Below are positions 30,132 through 40,374 of a DNA stretch of 64,000 nt, one piece after another; position 1 is the stretch's first letter; each line of letters begins with the position of its first letter. Under the pieces are notes generated by a model. It was not told the origin of the DNA. It made no database searches and saw only the letters and a program-made list of their open reading frames with translations. Where the stretch lies: the NCBI GenBank assembly GCA_963727485.1, contig CAVSGM010000001.1, positions 1,088,001 to 1,152,000 on the forward strand, written 5' to 3'. Source of the DNA: an uncultured delta proteobacterium. Lineage in GTDB: Bacteria; Myxococcota; Myxococcia; SLRQ01. The position numbers were made by a program, and so were the translations under genes.

Positions 30132-31928
30132 TCACCGCTTCGGGGCGGGCGTCGCGGCCTCGCCGCCGGTGCCCTCGGGGGCCGCCTCCGGTCGTGTCTC
30201 GTCGCCGCCGGTCACCTCGCCCTTGCCGGCGGTGGGGTCGCCGAAGCGCTCCCGGAGGGCCTCCAGGGACGCGGCCCGGGCGGCCACCACCACCCGGTCG
30301 CCGCTCTCGATGATGGTGTCGCCGTGGCCGGCGAGGGTGGTGCGGTCCCGGAGGACCGAGACCAGCACCGCGTCGTCGGGGAGCCCGAGGCTGCGCACCG
30401 GCTGCCTCGCCGCCGGCGACCGCGCCCCCACCCGGAAGGCGTAGAGGTAGCGGTCGGTGCCCGGCAGCGGCACGGCGTCGCCGCTGCCCAGACGGTCGGC
30501 GAGCTCATGGACGATGACGTCGTCCTCGAGGTGGAAGCGGTGCTGGCGCAGGAGCGAGAGGGTGGCCCGGTAGTACTCGCGGTGGTGGACCGGGCTGTCC
30601 GCCGGCGAGTCCACCTGGGACTCGTAGAGGCTCTGGTACCTGGCGTTGCGGGTGAGGCGCTGCTGGACCACCACCGAGATGACCACCGCCACCATGGTCG
30701 GCACCACCAGCCCGTAGCTGCCGGTCAGCTCGGCGACCATGATCAGCGAGGCGAGGGGCACCCGGGCCGCGCCGGCGAAGACCGCGGCCATGCCCACCAC
30801 CGCGAAGGCCTGGGGCGGGATGGAGGTGCCGATGACCGTATGGGAGAGCGCCGCCAGGCCCCCACCGAGCATGGCGCCCACGTAGAGGGTCGGGGCGAAG
30901 ACGCCACCGGAGCCGCCGGAGCCCATGGTCAGGGCCAGGGAGATGAGCTTGGCGAAGGCCAGGCCCAGCATCAGCATCATCGGCAGCCGCCCGTCGATGG
31001 CCAGCTGCATCCACCCGTAGCCCCCGGAGAGGACCTGGGGCAGCCACATCGCGGGGATCCCCAGGAGCAGCCCGCCGATGGCCGGCTTGAAGTGCGGGGC
31101 GATGGGGATCTTGTGGAAGAGATCGCGCATCCCGTAGAAGACCGTCGGCGCCACCGAGGCCAGAAGCCCCGCCACCAGGCCGAGGCCGGCGTAGGCCACC
31201 AGGTGGCTGGCGTGGTCGAAGGCGAGGTGGGGCGGGAGGTGGAAGAGGGGCGCCCAGCCGGAGATGGCGCCGGTGACGCCGTAGGCCACCGCCGAGGCCA
31301 CGATGGTGAACCCCAGCGCCGTCCCCTCGAAGGCGAGGCTGCCGTAGAGGATCTCCACGGCGAAGATGGCCGTGCCCAGCGGGCTCTTGAAGATCGCCGA
31401 GAGGCCGGCGGCCATGCCCATGAGCACCAGGTAGCGCCGGTCGTCGTCGGAGAGCTTGAGCAGGGAGCCCAGGACCGAGGCGAAGCCCGCGGCGATCTGC
31501 GCCGACGGCCCCTCGCGCCCGGCCGAGCCCCCCGACCCGATGGTGATGGCGCTGGCGATGGTCTTGACCACCGGCACCCGCGCCCGCATCCGGCCCCCCT
31601 CCTGGTGGTAGCTCTTGATGGCGGCGTCGTCGCCGTGGCCCTCGGCCTCGGGGGCGAAGAAGTAGACCAGGGCCCCGGAGACCAGCCCGCCGAGGACCAG
31701 GATCAGGGGCAGGTGCCACCCGAGGAAGTGCACCGACGGGATCGCCCCGCCGCCGGCGACCTGGTCAGGGGTGGGGAGCTGCCAGCCGGTGAACCAGGTC
31801 AGCAGGTACTTCTCGGTCAGCCCCAGCATCCAGAGGAAGACCTGGGCGCCGAGGGCTCCGAAGGCGCCGACGATCACGGCCAGGCCGAGCAGCCGCGCGT
31901 TCTGCGTGAGTTTCGGACGCCGCGTCAC
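30132..31928 (-). CDS. ClC chloride channel/antiporter with C-terminal RCK_C (TrkA-C) domain
   Basis: GSGGSAGREGP, GGSGGVFAP, many TM helices; SLGLPDDAVLVSVLR..GDTIIESGD; GTG start with GGAGG RBS. Confidence 0.92.
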   Translation of the reverse strand: MTRRPKLTQNARLLGLAVIVGAFGALGAQVFLWMLGLTEKYLLTWFTGWQLPTPDQVAGGGAIPSVHFLGWHLPLILVLGGLVSGALVYFFAPEAEGHGDDAAIKSYHQEGGRMRARVPVVKTIASAITIGSGGSAGREGPSAQIAAGFASVLGSLLKLSDDDRRYLVLMGMAAGLSAIFKSPLGTAIFAVEILYGSLAFEGTALGFTIVASAVAYGVTGAISGWAPLFHLPPHLAFDHASHLVAYAGLGLVAGLLASVAPTVFYGMRDLFHKIPIAPHFKPAIGGLLLGIPAMWLPQVLSGGYGWMQLAIDGRLPMMLMLGLAFAKLISLALTMGSGGSGGVFAPTLYVGAMLGGGLAALSHTVIGTSIPPQAFAVVGMAAVFAGAARVPLASLIMVAELTGSYGLVVPTMVAVVISVVVQQRLTRNARYQSLYESQVDSPADSPVHHREYYRATLSLLRQHRFHLEDDVIVHELADRLGSGDAVPLPGTDRYLYAFRVGARSPAARQPVRSLGLPDDAVLVSVLRDRTTLAGHGDTIIESGDRVVVAARAASLEALRERFGDPTAGKGEVTGGDETRPEAAPEGTGGEAATPAPKR

Positions 31929-32023
31929 CCCTGCCTCCCACTCGCCCCCGACCACCGGCGGCGCCGGCGCGTCTCCGAGGCCCGGCCGGGCACCCACGGA
32001 GGCCACCCGGCCGCTCGGGGGCG

Positions 32024-32052
32024 AACATAGGGAGCCCCCCCGGGTGGGTCAA
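32024..32052 (-). promoter_or_regulatory. Sigma70 promoter for the ClC gene
   Basis: Minus strand TTGACC-N17-TATGTT. Confidence 0.55.
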
Positions 32053-34949
32053 CGCCCCGGGCGGTGGCGACGGCGTCCCAGGACCATCCCGGCCAGCAGG
32101 AGCAGCCCGAGAAGCGACCCGTCGCCGCCGCCGGTGCTGCAGCCGCCGCAGCCCAGCGGCCCGCTCGGGGGCTGGGCCACCGGCTGGAGGATGAAGTCCT
32201 GGTGGGTGTCCGAGGTGAGGGTCACCCCCGCCTGGGCCGGGACGTAGCCCGGGTGCCCGGCGCGGACCTTGTAGCTGCCCGGCTGGAGGTCGGGGGCGTG
32301 GAAGTGGCCCTTGCCGTCGGTGGTGAGGTTCTGGGTGGTGGGGCCGTCGAGGTGGACCTGGGTCCCGCCCCAGCTCCCGGTCTGCTGGTCCGCGAGCTGC
32401 ACCACCCCGTCGAGGGTGAAGCCCTGGCCGGCGGCGCGCTCCAGGGCCGCGTCGAGGGTGGTGTCGGCGGCGAGGGCGAGGCCGCTCTGGGTGAACGGCG
32501 TGTAGCCCGCGGCGGTGATGCTGACGTCGTAGGTGTCCGCGTGGATCCCGGTGATGAGGTAGTGGCCGGTCTGGTCGGTGGTGCCGGTGAGCGAGAGGCT
32601 CCCCGAGCCGCCGGTGAGGGTGACGGTGGCGCCGACGATGGGCAGCGAGAGGTTCTTCACCGTGACCTGCCCCCGGAGGGTCAGCGCCTCGGTCTTCTTG
32701 GCCAGCGCGACGGAGAGGCCGCTGACGGCCTTGCCCTTCACCGTGAGCTGGAGGCTCTGGGGCGCGTAGCCCACCGCCGAGGCGGTGAGGGTGTAGTCGC
32801 CGTCGGGGACCAGGTGCACGGTGAAGGCGCCCTGGCTGTCGGTGGTCGCCGAGAGGGCCCCGGGCTCCAGATCCAGGGTGGCGCCGGCGATGGGGCCCGA
32901 GGTGGTGGCGTCGACCACGTGGCCGCTGACGTCGTAGCCGGTGGGGATGATGGTGAGGACGAGGTCCACGCCGGTGACGTCGCTGGTGGTCCCCACCGTG
33001 GCCGTCACCGTCGCCGCGTTGAACCCGGTCTTGGAGCCGCGGACGGTGTAGCTCCCCGCCTGCACCCCGGTGAAGCCGTAGGTCCCGTTGGCGGCGGTGG
33101 TGGTGGAGCCGGTGGTGGGGCCGCCGGTGAGGTCGACCTTGGCGCCGCCGATGGGCGTGCCGTCGGGGCGGGTGACCTTGCCCGAGAGCTTCACCCCGGG
33201 CTGGGGCGTGAGGGCGAAGTCCTGGGAGGTGTCGGCGGCGAGGTTCAGGGTGGCGGTGCCGTCCTGGTAGCCCGAGAGGTGGGCGGTGAGGGTCACGCTC
33301 CCGCCGGGGAGGGTGAGCTGGTAGCTGCCGCTGGCGTCGGTGGTGGCGCTCTGGCCCCCGCCGCTCACCGTGACCCCCGGGAGGGCGTTGGTGGTGGCGC
33401 TGTCGGTGACCGTGCCGCTGACCACGTAGGTGAAGCCACCGGCGTCGGCGCCCGGCGAGGGGCTCGCCTCCACCGCCCAGGTCTGGGCCAGGTTCTCGTC
33501 GGTCTCGTCGTCGCGGTTGCCCGTCCCCGGGTCGAGGACGCCGTTGTAGCTGGCGCCGCTGCGCTCGCTGCCCTCGCTCATGTCCCGGCGGGCGATGGCG
33601 CTGGCCGCCGGGGCGGGGCTGGTGTTCACGGTGCCCGAGTCGTCGCCGTAGGTGCTGGCGCCGGCGGTGACCCCGGTCTTCACCGGCGCCTGGTCGGCGG
33701 CGGCCGGGGCGCCCCAGACCACGATGTCGAGGTCGTGGACCAGGTCCTCCCCGGGGAGGGCGGTGTAGAGGGCCACGAACTCCCCGGCGGGGGCGAGGGC
33801 CGGCGCGGCGCCCACGCTCCCGGTGAACGCCGGGGGCATCGAGGCCACCACCGCGTCCGGCGCCTGGCCGTAGGCCGACTGGAAGGTGGCGCCGTCCACC
33901 AGGCTCACGGTGGCGAACGCCCCGGGCGCCAGCACCGTCCCCGGGGCGAACCCCACGGCGAAGTCGGCGGGGTCCACCGCGGCCGGGGCCTGGAGCTGCT
34001 GGGGGTAGCCGGGGCTGTCGGTGAGGAAGATCCCGTCGAGGGAGAGCGGCACCGCCGAGGGGTTGTGGACCTCCACGAAGGGCCCGGCGGGATCGGTGAC
34101 CACCTCGGTGATCAGCGGGAGGGCGACCCCGGTGGTCTCGTCGACCACCCGCGCCATGCCGCGCTGGGGCTTCACCTGGAAGTGGAGGACGTGCCACCGG
34201 GTGCCGGTGAGGCCGTAGCCGGCGGGCGTCGCCCCCGGCGCCCCGAAGTGCCAGCCCCCCGCCCCCAGCGAGGCGGTGAAGGCCGGTCCCTGGACGGCCA
34301 CCCGCCACCGGGAGCTGGCGGCGGCGTGGTCCTCGGCGGAGAGCAGCTCGAGGTCCAGGGTGGCCCCCGAGCCCGAAAAGGCGGTCGCCGTCCCCGCCGG
34401 ATCCCAGGCGGTGCCCCCGAAGGCGGACTGGATGTCCCCGGCGACGAGGAGGGTCCCCTGGGTGTTCCAGTCGTCACTGATGGAGGGGATGGGCCCGTAG
34501 CCCTCGCACTGGAGGATGGTGGTGGGATTGGTGCAGGTGGCGGTGGTGGGCTCGCTGGGGTCGGCGGCGGTGGCGTAGAAGACCTTCACGGTCCGGGCGG
34601 CGCCGTCGGGGAAGGAGAGCTGCATCGGGGTGCCGTCCGCCGAGAGCAGGGGGCTCGGGGTCACCCCCGAGGGCGGCACCACCTGGTACTCGATGATCCG
34701 GGGCGTGGTGGGGTTGGCCGTGTCCGCGGGGAGGGTGAGCGTCCCGGTGTAGAGGCCGTCGCCGGCGGTGGCGTCGCCCCCGGTGGCGCCGTCGTCGTAC
34801 ATGGGCACCGGGGTGTTGTCGGTGAAGGCGCCCCCCTGGACCCGCCACTCGATCTGCTGGGCCCGGGCGGCGCCGGGCAGGAGGAGGGCGGCGAGGAGCA
34901 GGCCTGCGGCCAGGGAGGCGCCGGGGCGCGCCAGGGTCTTGGCATTCAT
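32049..34949 (-). CDS. Surface protein: choice-of-anchor-X-like, lamin-tail-like, five carboxypeptidase-regulatory-like repeats, MYXO-CTERM
   Basis: Signal ..AARAQ; YDDG..GD..AGDGLYTG; ITEV..FVEVHNP; repeated G.V....GATV....TTD..G.Y; GCGGCS..LLGLLLLAGMVLGRRR. Confidence 0.8.
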   Translation of the reverse strand: MNAKTLARPGASLAAGLLLAALLLPGAARAQQIEWRVQGGAFTDNTPVPMYDDGATGGDATAGDGLYTGTLTLPADTANPTTPRIIEYQVVPPSGVTPSPLLSADGTPMQLSFPDGAARTVKVFYATAADPSEPTTATCTNPTTILQCEGYGPIPSISDDWNTQGTLLVAGDIQSAFGGTAWDPAGTATAFSGSGATLDLELLSAEDHAAASSRWRVAVQGPAFTASLGAGGWHFGAPGATPAGYGLTGTRWHVLHFQVKPQRGMARVVDETTGVALPLITEVVTDPAGPFVEVHNPSAVPLSLDGIFLTDSPGYPQQLQAPAAVDPADFAVGFAPGTVLAPGAFATVSLVDGATFQSAYGQAPDAVVASMPPAFTGSVGAAPALAPAGEFVALYTALPGEDLVHDLDIVVWGAPAAADQAPVKTGVTAGASTYGDDSGTVNTSPAPAASAIARRDMSEGSERSGASYNGVLDPGTGNRDDETDENLAQTWAVEASPSPGADAGGFTYVVSGTVTDSATTNALPGVTVSGGGQSATTDASGSYQLTLPGGSVTLTAHLSGYQDGTATLNLAADTSQDFALTPQPGVKLSGKVTRPDGTPIGGAKVDLTGGPTTGSTTTAANGTYGFTGVQAGSYTVRGSKTGFNAATVTATVGTTSDVTGVDLVLTIIPTGYDVSGHVVDATTSGPIAGATLDLEPGALSATTDSQGAFTVHLVPDGDYTLTASAVGYAPQSLQLTVKGKAVSGLSVALAKKTEALTLRGQVTVKNLSLPIVGATVTLTGGSGSLSLTGTTDQTGHYLITGIHADTYDVSITAAGYTPFTQSGLALAADTTLDAALERAAGQGFTLDGVVQLADQQTGSWGGTQVHLDGPTTQNLTTDGKGHFHAPDLQPGSYKVRAGHPGYVPAQAGVTLTSDTHQDFILQPVAQPPSGPLGCGGCSTGGGDGSLLGLLLLAGMVLGRRRHRPGR

Positions 34950-35464
34950 GGCGTCGCCTCCACGTCGGCGGTGAGCAGGTAGTCGGCGCTCATGTCGGAG
35001 TAGACCTCGAGGAGGTGGTCGCCGGACACCGGGAGGGCCAGGTGGTACTCGATGACCCGCTGGTCCCCGGCGAGGGCGAAGAAGTCGGTGTTGGTCACGT
35101 CCTTCACCGTGGCGTCGCCGCAGTCCGGGTCGAAGGCCTGCTCCAGCAGCTCGGTGCCCGGGTAGACCTCGGTGGTGAGGAGCAGGCGCACCACCAGGGT
35201 GGCGCCCTTGGCGTCCGAGTGGACCACGACCTTCTGGTCCCCGGGGAAGGTCCCCCGGACGAAGTGCTGGCCGTCGAGGACGCAGCCGGCCTGGGTCTGG
35301 CACTGGGGGACGGCGCCGGTGCAGAGGTTCTCGATGCGCCCCTGGGTGAAGATCTGCTGATCGGACATGCACCCGGAGAGGGCCAGGACGCAGGCGGCGG
35401 CCAGGAGGACGAATTGACCCCCAAGCGGGCCCCTGCTACTCGGAAGGCTCGGCTGGTTCAGCAT
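34946..35464 (-). CDS. Uncharacterised lipoprotein
   Basis: LALSGC lipobox; stop overlaps the next ATG. Confidence 0.7.
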   Translation of the reverse strand: MLNQPSLPSSRGPLGGQFVLLAAACVLALSGCMSDQQIFTQGRIENLCTGAVPQCQTQAGCVLDGQHFVRGTFPGDQKVVVHSDAKGATLVVRLLLTTEVYPGTELLEQAFDPDCGDATVKDVTNTDFFALAGDQRVIEYHLALPVSGDHLLEVYSDMSADYLLTADVEATP

Positions 35465-35467
35465 GGA

Positions 35468-36420
35468 ATGGCGACCGTGATGGGGTGGGGCACGACCCGA
35501 GCGGCGACGCGCCGGGCCCGCGTGATGGCGGCGCTCGGGGCCGTCGTGGTGGCGGGGGCGGCACACGCGTCGCCCCCGACGGTGGCGGTGCGGGTGCTCC
35601 CCGAGGGGGGCGGCGCCGACGCCCGGATGGCGGCGCGGCTGGTGGACGACGCGACGCCGAAGACGGTGAAGCTGGTGCCGGTGGCGAAGCTGGCCCCGGC
35701 CGCGCCCAAGGGCGCCCCGGATCCCCTGGAGGATCGGGCCCGGGGCCTCGAGCTCAAGCTGCGCTTCCGGAAGGCCGCCGCGGTGTGGAAGCGGCTCCTC
35801 GACCGGCTGGTGGCGAGCCCCGAGCTGGTCCGCGACCCCGGGCACATCGCCCGGGTGCAGGTGGCGCTGGCCGCCGCGTACGCCGAGGCCGGGGAGCCGG
35901 ACCTGGCGGTGCTCCAGTTCCGGGAGGCCCTGGCCCTCGACGCCAGCTTCCGACCCGGGCCCGCGTACCCGCCGCGGGTGCGCGCGATCTTCGCCCGGGC
36001 CCGGGCCGCGGGGCCGGCGCTCCCGCCCACGCCCAGCGACGCGGTCCTCGACCAGGTGGCGGCCTCGGTGGGCGCCAAGGGGGTCCTGTGGGTGGCCGTG
36101 GGGCGCGAGAACGGCCAGCGGGTGCTGGTGCGCCGCCTCCACCTCCGGGGGACCAAGGACACCTCGGCGGAGGTGCGCACCCGGATCCCCACGTCCACCG
36201 GCGTCGCCCAGGTCCGCCTCGAGGCCGCCGGGAGCCGGCTCCGCGCCGAGCTCGCCATCGCCTTTCCGGCGCCCCTGCCGCCGCCGCCGCCGCCGGTCCC
36301 TGGTTCCGCCACACCTGGGTGATGGCCACGGGCATCGGGGTCCTCGGCGCCGTGGTCGCCGGGGTGGTCGCCGCCGAGACCCTGGGGCCGCGCCGGGTCA
36401 CCGTGGTGGTGAAGCATTGA
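35468..36420 (+). CDS. Secreted TPR-like protein with C-terminal TM; apparent frameshift near 36298; start uncertain
   Basis: Signal AAHAS; FREALALD..FRP...YPPRV; poly-Pro then PWFRHTWV..TM in the next frame. Confidence 0.65.
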
Positions 36421-37880
36421 GCCGGCGCCTCGCCCTGGCGGCCCTCGCCGCCCTGGTCCTGGTGGCGCCGGGCTGCGCCAAGGACGTGGGCAGCCTGGTG
36501 GTCTACGTCTCCCGGTCGTCCCAGGTGCAGCAGGACCCCCTGGACCCGACCCTGGTGAAGTACCTGCGGGTGCGCATCGAGGGCCCGGGGATGGGCGTGG
36601 TGAGCCAGACCTTCCCCTTCACCGCCGGGGGCAGCTCCTCGCCGCCGCCGGTGCCCGTGGGCAAGGACCGGGTCATCACCCTCGAGGGCCTCGCCGGCCA
36701 GAGCGGGCCGGTGGTGAGCTGGGGCCAGAGCCTCCCGCTGACCATCGTCCCCGGGCGCAACGAGGTCGAGCTCTACCTGGGCCTCACCGGCCGCTTCTCC
36801 TCGGCGTCGGGGGCCGGCCTCTTCCAGGGGCGCTTCGACGCCACCGCCAGCGTCCTCGGCACCGGGCAGGTGCTCATCGCCGGCGGGGCCAGCGGCGGCA
36901 CCCTCGACGCGCCGGCCACCCCGGTGGCCTCGGTGGAGCGCTTCGACCCCACCGCCGGCCGGGTGGTCGCCGCCGGGGACTGCGCCGCCGGGGACGCCCT
37001 CTGCCTCGGCACCCCACGCTTCGGCCAGTCGGCGGTGGTCGAGGGCGACGCGGTGGTCCTCCTCGGCGGCCGCGACGACCAGGCGCTGATCCCCGGGGTG
37101 GAGCGCTGCGACGCCCAGGGCTGCGGCAAGCTGGGCACCCTCGCCAGCCCCCGGTGGCTCGCCGCCAGCGCCGTGGGCGGTGACCGGGGCTTCATGGTCG
37201 GCGGCGACGAGGGCTCGGGCCCCTCGTCGGCGGTGGACCTGGTGACCGCCGGCCCCAAGGTGGCCCCGGGCCCGGCGCTGCCCACCCCCCGGGAGGGGGC
37301 GAGCGCCGCGGTCCTCTCCGACGGCAGCCTGGTGGTCCTCGGGGGCCAGGATCCCACCGGCCTCCTCGGGGACGCCCTGGTCCTGGCCCACGGCACCCAC
37401 GCCTACGCCGAGGTCTCCGGCACCGGTACCGACCCCAGGCGCGACGGCGCCGCGGTGACCCTCGCCGACGGCCGCGTGCTCTGGATCGGCGGCCAGGACG
37501 TCACCGGCGCCTCCGACGAGATCGACCTCTACGACCCGGCGACGAAGCACCTGTGCCCGGTGGGCCACCTGGTGCGGGCGCGGTGGCGCCTCTCGGCGGT
37601 GCGCCTCGACGACGGCCGGGTGCTGGTCGCCGGCGGGCTCACCGGCGCCGGGGTGCCCACCGCCGAGGCGGAGCTCCTCGACCCCCGCTTCGTCCCCGCG
37701 GGCACCACCTGCCAGGGCGTCGCCGACACCCTGGAGAGCCAGGCGGCACCCCGGCTCGCCCACCGGCGGGCGGGTCACGTCTCGGTCCTCCTGCCCAACG
37801 GCCTGGTGCTGGTCGCCGGGGGCCTCGACGAGTCGGGGACGCCGCTCAAGAGCATCGAGCTGTACGTGCCCGCCAGCTGA
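36417..37880 (+). CDS. Kelch-repeat lipoprotein
   Basis: APGC lipobox; repeated R..A..L.DG.VL..GG....E.YDP. Confidence 0.85.
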   Translation: MSRRLALAALAALVLVAPGCAKDVGSLVVYVSRSSQVQQDPLDPTLVKYLRVRIEGPGMGVVSQTFPFTAGGSSSPPPVPVGKDRVITLEGLAGQSGPVVSWGQSLPLTIVPGRNEVELYLGLTGRFSSASGAGLFQGRFDATASVLGTGQVLIAGGASGGTLDAPATPVASVERFDPTAGRVVAAGDCAAGDALCLGTPRFGQSAVVEGDAVVLLGGRDDQALIPGVERCDAQGCGKLGTLASPRWLAASAVGGDRGFMVGGDEGSGPSSAVDLVTAGPKVAPGPALPTPREGASAAVLSDGSLVVLGGQDPTGLLGDALVLAHGTHAYAEVSGTGTDPRRDGAAVTLADGRVLWIGGQDVTGASDEIDLYDPATKHLCPVGHLVRARWRLSAVRLDDGRVLVAGGLTGAGVPTAEAELLDPRFVPAGTTCQGVADTLESQAAPRLAHRRAGHVSVLLPNGLVLVAGGLDESGTPLKSIELYVPAS

Positions 37881-38405
37881 CTACTTGCACAGGGTCGCAT
37901 CGCTCACGCCCGGCTTCACGTTCACCGGGGAGGTGCAGTCCACCTGGCCCCGGGTGCTGCCGTCGGCGATGGTCTGGGCGCAGATCGGGACCACCAGGGT
38001 CGGGTAGTCGTCGGCGTTGGACTGGATGATGATCGCCGCGTTGTCCGGGTTGGAGCGGACGGTCTGGTCACCGTAGGTGATCCGCAGGGCGGCCTCGGCC
38101 CCCGGTGCCACCTTGTTGATGTCCGGGCCCTCGAGGGTGAAGGCCTTGTTCTTGTCGTCCACCAAGCAGACCTTGGAGATCACCAGCTGCTCGGTGCCCT
38201 CGGACTGGAGGAGCAGGGTCCAGGCGTAGGGCGCGTACTTGTTGGAGCCGTAGTCCGGCTGCTGGCCCGAGGGCAGGGGGTAGAGGTCACCGAGGGAGAC
38301 CGGCGAGAGGTCCGGGCGGATGTGGACCCCGGCGTTCTTCGGCGGCGCCCCGCAGGCGGCGAGGCCGAGAGCGCCGGCCAGGGCGAGATAGCGAAGCTTT
38401 GTCAT
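37881..38405 (-). CDS. Lipoprotein, Ig-like
   Basis: LGLAAC lipobox; GGAGG RBS; IQSNAD Ig-like tail. Confidence 0.7.
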   Translation of the reverse strand: MTKLRYLALAGALGLAACGAPPKNAGVHIRPDLSPVSLGDLYPLPSGQQPDYGSNKYAPYAWTLLLQSEGTEQLVISKVCLVDDKNKAFTLEGPDINKVAPGAEAALRITYGDQTVRSNPDNAAIIIQSNADDYPTLVVPICAQTIADGSTRGQVDCTSPVNVKPGVSDATLCK

Positions 38406-38464
38406 GGGAACCCCCTCCACGGCGGCCTCCGGGGCGGGCCGCCTCCATGGCGCGCCAGCTGGCG

Positions 38465-39802
38465 TCACCGATCCTTGCTGTAGAGACCGTGCTTGTGCAG
38501 CAGGTCGTAGAAGTACTTCCGGTTGAGGTGGGCCTCCCGGGCGGCGGCGGCGATGCGGCCACCGGCGCGCTCGAGGAGGCGCTCGAGGTACTCGCGCTCG
38601 AAGGCGTCGACCAGCGACTCCTTGGCCTCCTTGAAGGGCCGGGTGAAGTCGACGTCGGGGAGCGGGCCCTCGTCGTCGTCGTCGCCCGGGCCCACCGGAC
38701 CCTGGAGGCTCACGGTCTCGGCCCCCTCGAGGCCCAGGAACCGCAGGCGGTCGAGGACGTTGCGCAGCTCCCGGACGTTCCCCGGCCAGCTGTGGGCGAG
38801 GAGCTGCTCCCGGAGCGCCGGGGCGAACCCCCGCCAGCCCTCGGCCTCGCCGAGCAGCCGGCTGGTGAGGACCTCGAGGTCCTCGGTGCGCGCCCGGAGG
38901 GGCGGCAGCTCCACCCGGACCACGCTCAAGCGGAAGAAGAGGTCCTCGCGGAACCGTCCCTCGCGGACCAGGCGCGACAGGTCCTGCTTGGTGGCGGCGA
39001 TGACCCGGAGGTCCAGGTGCTTGGAGCGGGTGGAGCCCAGGCGCCGCACCTCGCGCTCCTCGAGGACCCGGAGGAGCTTGGGCTGGAGCTCGAGGGGGAG
39101 GTCGTCGATCTCGTCGAGGAAGAGGGTGCCCCCGTCGGCCTGCTCCAGGGCCCCGGCCCGGGCGCTCACCGCCCCGGTGTAGGCGCCCTTCTCGGCGCCG
39201 AAGAGCTCGCCCTCGATGAGGGTGTGGCTCACCGAGCCGCAGTCGACCACCACGAAGGGGCCGCCGGCCCGGTGGCTGGCGGCGTGGATCGCCCGGGCGG
39301 TGGCCCCCTTGCCGGTGCCGGTCTCGCCGGTGAGCAGGAGGGTGGCCTCGGTGGGCGCCACCCGCTCCAGGACCGCGAACACCCGGCGCATGGCCTGGCT
39401 TCTGCCCACCAGATCGCCGAAGTGGTCCTCGGTGGAGGGCGGCACCTCGTCGGCCTGGTACACCGGCTGGAAGAGGAGCACCACGTTGCCCACCTGGAGC
39501 CGGGAGCCGGGGCGGAGGTAGGCCTCGCGCACCCGGGTGCCGTCGACGAAGGTGCCGTTGGTCGAGCCCAGGTCGCGGATGAGGTAGCCCTCGTGGCGCT
39601 TCTCCACCATGCAGTGGTTCCGGGAGACCGCGGCGTCGGGGAGGCAGAGCCCCGAGGCCGGATCCTTGCCGATGGAGAGCGCCGCGCCGTCCAGGCGCAC
39701 CCGTCGTCCCGACTCCGGCCCCTCGAGGACCACCAGGGTGACCTCGCGCCGGGTGACCGCGGCGTTGGCCGTCGGCAGGACGTCGGTGCGCTCGATGCTC
39801 AC
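38465..39802 (-). CDS. FHA-domain sigma54-dependent transcriptional activator
   Basis: FHA: SIGK, VSRNH, DLGSTNGTFVDG; AAA+: GETGTGK, ELFGAEKGAYTGA, LFLDEI, WPGNVREL; C-terminal HTH. Confidence 0.93.
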   Translation of the reverse strand: MSIERTDVLPTANAAVTRREVTLVVLEGPESGRRVRLDGAALSIGKDPASGLCLPDAAVSRNHCMVEKRHEGYLIRDLGSTNGTFVDGTRVREAYLRPGSRLQVGNVVLLFQPVYQADEVPPSTEDHFGDLVGRSQAMRRVFAVLERVAPTEATLLLTGETGTGKGATARAIHAASHRAGGPFVVVDCGSVSHTLIEGELFGAEKGAYTGAVSARAGALEQADGGTLFLDEIDDLPLELQPKLLRVLEEREVRRLGSTRSKHLDLRVIAATKQDLSRLVREGRFREDLFFRLSVVRVELPPLRARTEDLEVLTSRLLGEAEGWRGFAPALREQLLAHSWPGNVRELRNVLDRLRFLGLEGAETVSLQGPVGPGDDDDEGPLPDVDFTRPFKEAKESLVDAFEREYLERLLERAGGRIAAAAREAHLNRKYFYDLLHKHGLYSKDR

Positions 39803-40374
39803 TTCCCGACCCACAGCACCTCGTTGTTGCCCCCCGAGGAGACGTAGGCCTTGTAGGCCTGCCACCAGGCGTCGGTGGCCTTCTCCAGGGCAATGCGAGC
39901 CGTCTCCGCCGTCTCCTGGGCCTTCTTGAGCCGGGCCCGGGCCGAGTCGGTGGACTTGTGGATGGGCTTGAGGTCGTAGACCGCCAGGTCGTAGCGCATG
40001 GCGGTCTGGGCGTTGGCCTGGACCCGCTTGGCCCGGGCGAGGTCGAGGTTCGCCCGGGCGGCGTCGAGCTCGAGCTCGCGGTAGCGCACCCGGTCCTCGG
40101 TGGCGGTCTTCAGCTTGGCCGCGGCGTCGGCGGCCTTGGCGCCGCTCGGCCACTTGGTGGTGGCCATGAGGTGGTCGCGCCAGGTCCGCGCCGAGTCGAG
40201 GTCCGATTGGGCCTCGTCGCGCCAGGCCCGGGCGATGGCGACCGCGTCCTCGGCGTCGGCGACCCAGCGCCGGGCCTTGGGGGGCAGGCGGGTGTCGTGG
40301 ATGGAGAGGGTCGCCACCGTCTGGGCGCAGCCCCCGAGGAGGAGCACCGTGGCGAGGAGGGGAAGCCGTCTCAT
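39799..40374 (-). CDS. Helical lipoprotein
   Basis: LLLGGC lipobox; 4-bp overlaps on both sides. Confidence 0.75.
   Translation of the reverse strand: MRRLPLLATVLLLGGCAQTVATLSIHDTRLPPKARRWVADAEDAVAIARAWRDEAQSDLDSARTWRDHLMATTKWPSGAKAADAAAKLKTATEDRVRYRELELDAARANLDLARAKRVQANAQTAMRYDLAVYDLKPIHKSTDSARARLKKAQETAETARIALEKATDAWWQAYKAYVSSGGNNEVLWVGK

Noticed and set aside
31930..32050. Fluoride riboswitch upstream of ClC
   Set aside because: Only TGTTCGCC resembles it; the GATG core and pseudoknot are missing, the protein has GREGP rather than fluoride-type motifs, and the segment fits a sigma70 promoter
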